Shown here one piece after another: positions 52,712 through 62,400 of a stretch of DNA of 64,000 nt (positions within the stretch are counted from its first letter, which is position 1; the number at the start of each line of letters is the position of its first letter). This DNA is from Protoeuglena noctilucae (taxonomy: Eukaryota). A program made the position numbers and the translations under genes. The stretch covers positions 310,001-374,000 of the forward strand of contig OY253690.1 of assembly GCA_958009085.1 (NCBI GenBank), given 5' to 3'. The notes below the pieces were generated by a model. It had not been told where the DNA came from, ran no database searches, and worked only from the letters and a program-made list of their open reading frames with translations.

Positions 52712-53686
52712 TCATTCCTTGGCCCGTTTGATCTCGTCACGCCGCAGCAGCCGGCGCGTCCCGGAGACCCGGTAGCTCCCGCCATCCACCTGCTTGACGA
52801 CCCGCGGCGTGACGTCCCAGACCCCCTTCGACCGCTTCGACAGCGGCCCCTGCGCGCTCGGGAGCATGACGAGCACGCGGTCGCCCTCGCGGATCGGGTT
52901 CTCCTCGGGGGGCCCTGGCTCGCCGACCCTGCGGTAGGCGCGCAAGATCCGGAGCTCCTCCCCTTGCGCCGCCCTCTGCCAGGTCTTCCCCCACATGGGC
53001 GCGTCGGCCGCCTCGTTCGGCGGCATGCCCGTCGTCGCGTTGTCCCGCTTGTTGTACGCCGTGACGACGTCCGCGAACACCTCCCTCCACGTAGGGTTCT
53101 GCTTCAGCTTCTGGCGCCGCGCCATGACGTGGGCGGTCTTCGTCCGCAGCACTCGGATCATGGCCTCGACCTGCGGCGCGTGCTGCTGGACGATCAGGCG
53201 GATGCCCCGCTCCTTCAGGAACGCCCGCCCCTCGTTCGACGACCACGCCCCCTCGCCGTCCGCGATGATGCAGTCCCACTTGTGTCCCTCGTCCAGGATC
53301 TTGCCCAGCCCCTTCAGCACCTGGTCCCTCTCCTTGGACTGCAGGTCCTCGTAGTACAGCTTGCGGCTGAGGCCGTCGACGACCAGCAGCAGGTACTTGG
53401 AAGCCGCGCCCTTCGTGAAGACCTTGTTCAGGCCCAGGTCCTCGTTGGTCCTCGCGAAGTCGATCAGGTCCATCGACGCCTCGCGGCCGCCGTAGCGGGC
53501 GGGGATGATCCTGCGCGTGGGGGCGTCGGGCTTGTCGAACGGGGTGTCGGTCTTGGCGAGGTGCGCCTCGACGTCCTGCGCGGTCACGTTCCCGTTCAGC
53601 CTCTTCTTCGCTTCCACCAGGAGCTGCTTCTGGCCAGTGACCCCCTCGTCCTGCAGCTTGTTCAGGACCTCCTCGATGCTGGTCAT
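52712..53686 (-). CDS. Retroviral-type (rve) DDE integrase, Polinton/Maverick-like (324 aa)
   Basis: SMDLIDF, KYLLLVVDGLSRK, IIADGEG, QVEAMIRVL, WREVFADVVTAYNKRDNATTGMPP and IREGDRVLV. Confidence 0.92.
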   Translation of the reverse strand: MTSIEEVLNKLQDEGVTGQKQLLVEAKKRLNGNVTAQDVEAHLAKTDTPFDKPDAPTRRIIPARYGGREASMDLIDFARTNEDLGLNKVFTKGAASKYLLLVVDGLSRKLYYEDLQSKERDQVLKGLGKILDEGHKWDCIIADGEGAWSSNEGRAFLKERGIRLIVQQHAPQVEAMIRVLRTKTAHVMARRQKLKQNPTWREVFADVVTAYNKRDNATTGMPPNEAADAPMWGKTWQRAAQGEELRILRAYRRVGEPGPPEENPIREGDRVLVMLPSAQGPLSKRSKGVWDVTPRVVKQVDGGSYRVSGTRRLLRRDEIKRAKE

Positions 53687-53739
53687 CCGTGTCTCTTCAA
53701 GGGAGCGCAGAGAAAAAGGGGGGTTTGTCTACACAGCGC

Positions 53740-56700
53740 CTAGGACTTCTTCTGCAGCGCACCGAAGGGCGCGTTGCACCCGCGGCACGCCGGGCGCAGG
53801 TCGGTCTGGCTCGGGTCGTGGGCGGCCTGGTCGTCGATGCGGTCGAGCTCGAGCAGGGCGATGTCCGTGCACCCGCACGCCAGGCACCGGAAGCCGTGGC
53901 GCTTGAAGAGCTCGTGGATCTCCGACGCCGTGACGCCGCGTCCGGGGCGCCCCGCGTCCTTGTCCTGCTGGTTCAGCCGCTTAGCCATGGCGTCGAAGTG
54001 CTTGTGGAAGCCCCCGCTGACCTCGGCGTGGTCGATGGCGATCCGGAGCTGGTCCAGGTCCTTGCACCGCGTGATGGCCGTCCACACGAGGCGGTCATTG
54101 TTTGGCCAGTCGGCGCTCCAAGCGAGCACGATGTCCTTCTCGATCGTCGACCCCTGGAGCGCGTGGCTCGTGTAGCCCCCCTCGATGCGGAAGTTGCGCC
54201 GCACCTCTTCCATGCTGCGGAACGTGACCTCGACATCGTCCTCGGCCGCGAACGTCACCTGCCCGGACTCGTCGACGTCGGTGATCTCGTACGTCTCGTT
54301 CATGATGAAACTGCTGAAGCGCTTGGTATCCCCCTTGAACACCCACCTCCCCCCGGTTTGCGCCGCGTCCTTGTCCCTCCGGTTGACGGCGTGGCACGCG
54401 TACGCGTTGCTGGCGGCCACGACGATCTCCTTGGCGGTGTCGATGTTGGCGACCGTGCATGTCGGGATCCCAAACTTCTTGGCGAACGTGACGGGGTCCA
54501 GGGTCTGGCCCGAGTCGATGTGATCCTTCATGGCGAGGAGCTTGGCGTGCTGCTGCTTCGGCAGTCGCTTCATGACCAGGAGGAGGCACTGGACGGGGAA
54601 GAGCTGACGCACCGCGTCCTCGTATAGCGCGTCGTTGTGGGCGTCGTCGATGGGCTTGTTCTGGCGCGGGTCGCCCGTCGCGATGAAGCGGATCTCCGGG
54701 TGCTCCTCTATGTCCCGCTTCAGCACCTCCAGCACGGGCAGCGGCATCATGTAGATCTCGTCGATCATGACGGCCTTGAGCCCCTCGATCTTGTACCCGG
54801 GCCGGCGGACCTTCTGGTCGAAGACGCGCTGGCCGAACCACTTGGTGGCCGTGTACGTACGCCACCCGGCCTTCCGGTGCCCCTTCAGCAGCATGTGGGT
54901 GGGGGCCACGACCACCGACTCCTCGGGCTTCAGGTTCTTGAGGGCCGTCCACGTCTTGCCGCTCCCGGGCAGGTCCGAGACGATGGCGATACGGTGGTGG
55001 GCCGAGAGGTCGATGCCCGCCTTTTCCTCGTCTGCCGTGAACGTGAGCCGCTGGACGGGGCTCGGCGCCGGCGCCGCCATCTGGTACAGCCGGGTCGCCG
55101 TCGGGTCCATCGTGTAGCTCTTCGACAGGAGCTGCTGGCGCTTCGTGGGCCAGATGCCGTGGGGGGTCGCCGCCCGCCGCGTGGGGGGCTTGAAGGACCC
55201 GATGTCGCGGACGGACGGGTGGGGGTCATCCGGCTCTGTCACGGGCTCCATCGTGGGCGTCGCGGGCGGCGGCTGGACGGGCACCGCGATCCACGGCGTC
55301 CGGGTGAGCATGTCTGGGTCGGCGATGAACTCGTCGCCCGGCTCGGTGCAATCGTCGTCGTCGTCCTCGTCGGCCTCCGCTGCCCCGCCCATGTCGAGGG
55401 GGAGGTCTCGCACGTACAGCTCGTCGACATTGACCCCGAGGACCCCGTAGGCCTGGAGGTCGAAGGCCTTCTCCGCGAGCAGGGTCTGGGCCATGCAATA
55501 GACGGCGTCCTGGACCAGCGTCCACCCGTTGTTCGCCGGGACGCTCTTGTGGAACGCCATCAGCGTCCACCTCTTGTCGACCTGGGTCTTGTCGCCGCTG
55601 AGGAGGTCCTCCAGCATCAGCTGGCCCAGCTTGGGCATTTCTGCCCGCTTGCCCTTGGCGGCGTGCCCGACCTTGACGACGTGGCCCCCGTCCTTGGCGT
55701 GGTCGCGGGCGGCATACGCCTGCCGCGGGACCGTGCAGAGGAAGCCCTTGGTGACCTTCGACGCCTTGCGCCCCGACGTCCCGATGGCGGCGTTGACCAT
55801 GTGCTTCTTCTGCCCGTCGGTCAGCCCGTCGCTCGTGAGGACGGCGTCGACGTGGCGGCGGGCGCGGAGCACGAGCGTCTCCTTCGGGCACAGCTCTACC
55901 ACGGGCGTGGCGGTCTCGCCCGTCTTGTCCCTCCAACGCTTGAGCTGCCACCCCATCTTGCGGCTGACCTTCCCGCGCCAGAACAGCTTCCCGTGTGGCG
56001 TGTCGAGGTGCTCGAGCGGGACGTCGACGATGTAGGCGGTGTCCTCGAGGATCTCCGCGTCGGGCTGCACGAGCGTGGGGAGGCAGAAGGTCGACAGCAC
56101 CATGACGGGCAGGGGCTCGCGGAGGATGGACGTGTAGAAGCGACGGATGTCCAGCGCGTAGAAGCGGTCGGGGATCTCGTCTACGAGCTCGATCCGAGCG
56201 GCGGGGACGGGCTGGGCCGCGTCGACGACGTTGAAGAGCATCGCGCCGGCTGCCTCGCACCACTCTGAGTAGGCCCTCGGTGGGCACACCGCCTTGAGCA
56301 GTCGCGTGTTGAGCTCCTCGTACAGGTACCCGTTCTCGGCGCCCTTGAGCTGGAGGGCGTCCTCGAACACCTCGTCGCTCCTCTCCGGCAGCGTCACCGT
56401 CACGCGGGCGCGCTCCTTGCGGTCGTCGCCGACGGCGTACTGGATCCACCACGTGAAGCCCGTCACCCGCTCGCCCTTGTGGTGTACCTCGAGGACCTGG
56501 TGACCCAGCTCCCGCAGGCGGTGAATCATGGCCATCAGGTGCTCGAACGACGGGCACAGGTAGCGGCCCGGCGCCTTGACGGCGAGGAGCTCCTCGGCGG
56601 TCTCGAGGCGGCCGTGGAGGATCGAAGCCCCCCGCGGAGGCGCGATGGCCCGAGGCGGCTCGGGGAGCACCGACTCGGGGACCGTCCGCAGTGGCACCAC

Positions 56701-58228
56701 CTTGTCGCCCTGGACGCGGAAGCGGCGGGCCACGCTCATGCGGACGACGGGCCACGCGTGGTTGTCGTGCACGAGGATGACGACCATCCTGGGGGCGGCC
56801 CTGTCCGACTTCTCCGACATCGTCACCTTGACCTTGCCCCGCTTCGTGCACGTCATGGACACCGTCACGGCCTTGCGCACGCCCGAGTCGAGGACGAGGC
56901 CGCTCCACGCCTCGACGACGGCCACGTTGCAGACGCCCTGGAACGCGGGCACGATCTTGTCCCCCGGGATGGCCTTGCCCTTGAGCGTCTCGAGGACGGC
57001 GAGGTACTCCGTGTGCCGCTCCTCGCACTGCATCCTGGCCGCCTCGTAGACGCACCCCTCCGACGGGCACGCCTTGGCCACGGGCGGTTTCTCCACGTCG
57101 TATGGGGTCAGCTCGCAGTTGAGCCACGACTTGTCGGGGTCCGCGACGACCATGTTGCGGAGCCCGAAGCCCACGTACCACGGCCCGATGGCCTCGATCC
57201 TGATGCACGCGCCGTCCGAGCTCGACCCCGAGTCGTGGTGCTTGTAGCGGTCCAGCCGCTCGAGCAGGTCGGGCGCCACCGTCTTGAGCGTCGTCGACAG
57301 CTCGGACGACGTCTCGGCCTCGAAGGCGGGCTGGTCGGCCTCGTCGGTCGGGACGGGAGATCTTGTACACGTGGCCGACCTGGAGCCCCAGCTCCTCGAT
57401 GCGTTTGGTCACGGGCACCTCGGCCGCCCCCGACTTCCACCGCCACGCGCACAGGTGCTCGCCGTCGACGACAAGGAGCTCGACCGTCTCGATGTTCCTG
57501 TCGACGACCTGCATCCAGTCCTGTCGCATCAGGGCCGCCGCGTTCTTGTGTCCGAGCGCCTCGCGGAGCTCCTCCGTCGTCTGGGGGTTGCCGAGGACCG
57601 CGTACGCCGTGGCGTCGCCCCGCCGCCCCGAGACCACGTGGGCGTCGAGGTTGACGAACCCGTAGACCTGGAAGCCCACGCCGCGGATCTTCGACTCCGT
57701 CTCGGCCCGCGCCCGCGCCCGCTTCGCCGACTCGAGCTCGAGGACCACGTAGCGACCCGGCCCCTTGCGGTTGACCGTGTAGCCGGCGGGGAGCTCGAGG
57801 ACGGCCTTGGCCTCGTCGAGCGTCTGGGGGTCGGCCTGGCGGAGCGCCGCGTTGGCGCCGCGGACGTCGAGGGGCTGCCGCGCCTCGTCGCCCTTGCGGT
57901 AGAAGACGGGCCCCTGCTCTTGCGGCTGGTCCGGCTCGTGGGCCTGGATCCTCCCCCCCTCGAAGACCTGCCGCGCCTGCTCCTGGAAGCGCTCGACGCG
58001 CTTCTCGCGGACGGTCGGCTTCCGCACGCGCCACGGCGCGCCGTCGCCTTCTCGAGCCACCGTGTAGCCCTCGGGCAGGCCGTCCGGAAAGCGCGCGAGG
58101 ACGGCCTCCCGCGTCGTGTCGGGTGGCAAGCGCTCGAGGTCCCGGTTGATCGTGTCGAGCGATCGGGATTCGACCTGGCCGATCGTCCGGCCGGTCACGC
58201 GCTGGAATCTCGTCGACGGCTTGGGCAT
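53740..58228 (-). CDS. Replication polyprotein: N-terminal domain, vOTU-like protease, divergent family B polymerase, SF1 helicase and HNH-like domain; one frameshift near 57356
   Basis: GCVYEAA...ILVHDNHAW; ALDIRRFYTSIL, KKHMVNAAIGTSG, GVNVDELYV; DLPGSGKT, MIDEIY, GDPRQNKP, TSHALQGSTI, WTAITR; CLACGC...LDRIDDQAAH...ACRGCN. Confidence 0.85.
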
Positions 58229-58476
58229 GGCTCCTCGACCTCAACTCCACGCAATGCGTTGATTTTCTGCGCTACAGCGAGGGCCGAAAATTCTCGCGGG
58301 GGCCGGCCGCGGGGCACGGGGCCCACCACGCCCTCCCCGAGCATCTCGCGCGCCCGCTTCCGGAGGCGGTACAGCCGCTGCGCCACGCGCTTGTACTCGT
58401 CCCGCCCCGCCTCGCCGGCCTGCCGCATCAGGGCGGCCTCCAGGTGGAGGAAGGCGCCGAGCGTTAGCGTCAGCAT
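58195..58476 (-). CDS. Small basic hypothetical protein with an AT-hook-like PRGRP
   Basis: YRLRKRARE...PRGRPPR. Overlaps the polymerase start by 34 nt. Confidence 0.5.
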   Translation of the reverse strand: MLTLTLGAFLHLEAALMRQAGEAGRDEYKRVAQRLYRLRKRAREMLGEGVVGPVPRGRPPREFSALAVAQKINALRGVEVEEPCPSRRRDSSA

Positions 58477-58548
58477 GTCGTTCGTCTCACCAGATACACG
58501 TTGTCTTGGAAAAAAGAACTCGTTCGCCGGGGGCGCCTTTTCCGGGGT

Positions 58549-59061
58549 TCACCAGTCGCCGTACGCGGTCCGGATGTACAGCCGGGGGTCGTCGCGCCGG
58601 GCGGCCTCCTGCAGGCGGTGGATCACCTTGGGGCGGTCCTCCGGGGCGGCCTCTGCGTACACCGGGTCCTCGCGGATCGCGGGGACCTTGCGCTCCCGGA
58701 TCGCCGCGAGCCGGGCCCGGGCCTCCGTCAGCCGCTTCTCGACGTCGTGCTCGCGCGCCCTCACCTCGAGCTCTCGGGCCTCCAGCTCGTTTTTAAGCAC
58801 GTTAAGCTCCGCGATGGTGACGTTTCGAGACTGTTCCGACAGAGCCTTCCGGACCGTCGACGGGGGCGGCCCTGACCCCGACTGAGCCTTCTTCGCCGCC
58901 AGCGCCTCGCGGGCCTTCGCCGCTCGCTCGCGCATGAGCGCCAACTGGGCCGCGTCCCGCTTCGGCTCGTCGGTTGGCTCGGGGGCCGCGGCGTCGTCAG
59001 AAACATCTGGCGTTTCAGGCTCGGGCGCGGGGGCCGGGGGCGCTGACTTCTTTATCGCCAT
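58549..59061 (-). CDS. Coiled-coil hypothetical protein (170 aa)
   Basis: AQLALMRERAAKAREALAAKK and a heptad-rich ELEARELEVRAREHDVEKRL. Confidence 0.7.
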   Translation of the reverse strand: MAIKKSAPPAPAPEPETPDVSDDAAAPEPTDEPKRDAAQLALMRERAAKAREALAAKKAQSGSGPPPSTVRKALSEQSRNVTIAELNVLKNELEARELEVRAREHDVEKRLTEARARLAAIRERKVPAIREDPVYAEAAPEDRPKVIHRLQEAARRDDPRLYIRTAYGDW

Positions 59062-59079
59062 CTGTCCCTGACTTAGAAT

Positions 59080-59472
59080 TTAATCCAGGAACACCTCCCG
59101 GATCGTCAACAAGATGATCGTGTCGGCCGTCCGGTTCGCGGCGACCCCGTCGACGTCGACGAAGCTCAGCGTCAGCGTCGTGCCCCCAGTGAAGCGGCAG
59201 ATGTACGGGAGGGTCGGCCTGGTGATCTGGCCCCCCGCGATGACCCTCCGCCCGCCCCCGGTCCGCAGGTCGTTGCTCACGTTGGGCACCAGGTCGTAGC
59301 TGACGAGCAGGTCCGTGGCCCGGGTGTCCCCGACGACCGTCTCGATGATGACCTGCAGCTGGCTCCGGCGCGCCTCGAAGCGGCTCACGGGGTCGTACGG
59401 AAGGACGCACGCGTTCGAGCCGCTCGGGACGTACCCGGCGTAGCTGTAGGTAGCGATGGGGCCGCCGTCCAT
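59080..59472 (-). CDS. Small beta-rich protein, possible minor capsid (penton)-like (130 aa)
   Basis: C-terminal LTLSFVDVDG...IILLTIRE pattern resembles jelly-roll minor capsid termini. Supported by context. Confidence 0.5.
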   Translation of the reverse strand: MDGGPIATYSYAGYVPSGSNACVLPYDPVSRFEARRSQLQVIIETVVGDTRATDLLVSYDLVPNVSNDLRTGGGRRVIAGGQITRPTLPYICRFTGGTTLTLSFVDVDGVAANRTADTIILLTIREVFLD

Positions 59473-59495
59473 TTTCCCTGGCGCTAGAGAATAAG

Positions 59496-62400
59496 ATGGC
59501 GGCGTGGAACGGCGTCTACGCGCGCCAGCTGGTCGTCGACGACGCGGGCGCCGCGGACGGCGACTACTTCAAGTACCAGGCCGCCACGCGCAAGCTCGTC
59601 ACCGACAAGGGCGCGCTCTCCGGGCGCGTGATGGCCCTCGAGACGGCCATGTCGACCGTGGGCTCGAGCGGCGGGACGGTGACGCAGGGCCCCGCGGGGA
59701 CCGTCGCAGTGGGCTCCGTGACGACGGGCTCGAGCGCCAGCGTGACGAACTCCGGGACCCCCACCAGCGCAGTGCTGGACTTCGTGCTGCCCCGCGGCGC
59801 TCCAGGCGCCTCGGCGACGATCGCCGTCAGCTCGACGACGACGTACGGGAACGCGGCCACGCCGGTGGCCGTGGTCAACGCGGGCACGCCGCAGGCGGCC
59901 GAGCTCCAGTTCACCTTCCCGGACCTGAACGCGCTCGTCAACCCGGACGAGTCGGTGCAGGCGTACCACGACCAGCTCGTCACGGACCTGAACGTGCAGA
60001 TCAACGAGAGTTTCTTCGGCCCGATCTGGGACGCCATCCCCGGGTCCGAGACGCTCCCGCAGAACATGACGGACGGCGAGCTCATCTCGGCCATCCAGGC
60101 GGTGCGGCTGGCCAACTACTTGTACGGGAAGCTGAAGGGGATGCTCAACGCCCGCAAGGAGCTCGAGGCGCAGATGTCGGCTTTGTCGGAGTTCTTCGTC
60201 AAGTTCGACGCCCCGCCCGGGGCCTTCGCCCTCTTCAAAGGGTACCAGACGGGCACGTGCGACGGCGCCTTCTACTGGCAGCGGACCCAGCGCTTCCAGG
60301 ACCCCGTCGCCCCGCTCCGCTGCCTGGCCGACAACGGCGACGTCCTCGTCGAGATGACGAAGCAGCCGAGCTACAGCTTCTCGCTGTACGGTCCCCCCCT
60401 CGAGCTCGCCTCCACGCAGGCCGGCGCCAGCTCCAGCTACACCAGCCTCAGCCACCCCGCGACGCTCCGGACGACGGGCGACACGGTGACGGTGAAGTCG
60501 GCGGCGGGGCAGCTCCTCGTGACGGACACGGGCGTCGTGGCGAGCGACAAGCTGACCGTGTCGGGGGCTTCCCCCAGCCTGGTGGTGGCGGGCGCGGACC
60601 AGGCCCCGCTGCTGACGGCGTCGGCGACGGCGGCCACGTCGACCGTCGAGAGCCTCGTGCCGCTCACGATCAAGTCGACGGCGTCGCCGACGCTGACCGT
60701 CGCGAGCGAGGACCCCCTCGTCGACCCGCTGCTGAAGGTGGCGGCCACGGACGGGGTGAACTCCCTGTCGCTCAGCTCGAGCGCCGTGGCGGGCTACATC
60801 GAGTCGTCGAACGACCTGTCCGTCAAGTGCGGCGGGACCGTCGTCATGACGGCGGGGCCCACGGGCGTCAGCATGCTGGGGTCCACGCTCAGCACCGAGG
60901 AGACGACGATGATCATCCACTCGGCGGACGCCGACTGCGTCAGCTTCACGCCGACCGAGACGGTCTTCTCGGCCGCGCCGATCGTGTGCCAGTCGGCGTA
61001 CTACGTCTCGGTCGACCCCGCCAGCAAGCTGGTGACCCAGGCCCAGCTCGACGAGCAGAAGGCCAAGACGAGCACGACGACGGGCTCGGACGTCGCGTCG
61101 TCGGCCGCCAACCTGGGCGGCGACCTCGGCACGCTCTTCGGCTCGAGCTTCGACTCGCTCGGGGCCGCCGCCGTCGGCGCCATGGGGGGCGCCATGGCGG
61201 CCGTGGGGCTCAGCATCCGCAGCGGCACGGACCCGGGGACGGGGGCCACCACGTACCAGGTGGTCCAGCAGCCCGTGTCGGGCGGCATCGCCGTCGAGCG
61301 CATCCTGATGTTCGACACGAACCCGCTGGCCCCCTCGCTCGTGTACGTCATGGACGCCACGGGCCTGGACTGGGCGTACGTCAAGAACGTTCCGGCCGCC
61401 ATCGCGGGGTACACGGGGACGATCGCGGAGTCGCAGGTCACCGGGCTGGTCGCGGACCTCGCGGCCAAGCTCGACGCCTCCACGGGGGTGATAGCGCAGA
61501 GCCAGGTGACGGGCCTCACGTCCGCATTAGCCGGCAAGCTCGACGCGGCAACGGGCACGATCGCGGAGTCGCAGGTCACGGGACTGGTCGCGGACCTGGC
61601 CTCCAAGCTCGACGCCTCCACGGGGACCATCGCCCAGAGCCAGGTCACGGGGCTGACGGCCGCCTTGGCGGGGTACACGGGGACGATCGCGGAGTCGCAG
61701 GTCACCGGGCTTGTCGCGGACCTGGCCTCCAAGCTCGACGCCTCCACGGGGACCATTGCCCAGAGCCAGGTCACGGGGCTGACGGCCGCCTTGGCCGGCA
61801 AGCTCGACGCGGCCACGGGCACGATCGCGGAGTCGCAGGTGACGGGGTTGACGAGCGATCTCCAGGGCATCAACAGCCAGCTAGCCAGCCTGGGGGCCAG
61901 CTCGGCGGGCGTGGGGGTCAGCAAGCTGGACGTCGAGACGGTCACGACGAACGGAGCGACGCTGAGCCTGACGAAGTCGAGCTACTTCGCGCCCGGTATC
62001 GTCACGCCCACGGGCTTCTTCCCCGGCGTGCACGGGTTCGCCATGACCTACCCCGCGAACCTGGCCCAAAACAACGGGGGCCAGATCAACGCCTCGGCCG
62101 TCGACGCATCGGGCAACTTGTATGTGTGCGTGTACACCGCGATGGGCTCCTCGACGACGACGAACTACATCAAGAGCCTCAACGGGGACACGAGCCTCCA
62201 GGTCGCGGTGAACGACGCCAACTCTTCGGGCGCCGCGCCGTACGTGGCCAAGTTCGACCCGACCGGCACCCTCTTGTGGGCGTGGAAGCCCCTCGACAAC
62301 CACTCGACCGTCTCCTCGAACAACGCCACATGCGTCGGCGTGGAGGTGCAGTCCAACGGGCACATCCAGTATGTCTTCAGCCTCCACTTCGGGGACTTCG

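Noticed and set aside
52669..52785. 39-aa N-terminal extension of the capsid ORF
   Set aside because: It overlaps the integrase end and the intergenic T-run motif. ATG 52668 is the better start.
55226..57350. C-terminal 700 aa of the listed 1000-aa ORF
   Set aside because: Low-complexity out-of-frame read-through. The protein-like sequence continues in the 53740-57279 frame.
61410..61862. Regularly spaced repeats as a possible CRISPR array
   Set aside because: They are in-frame coding repeats with no unique spacers and no cas genes.
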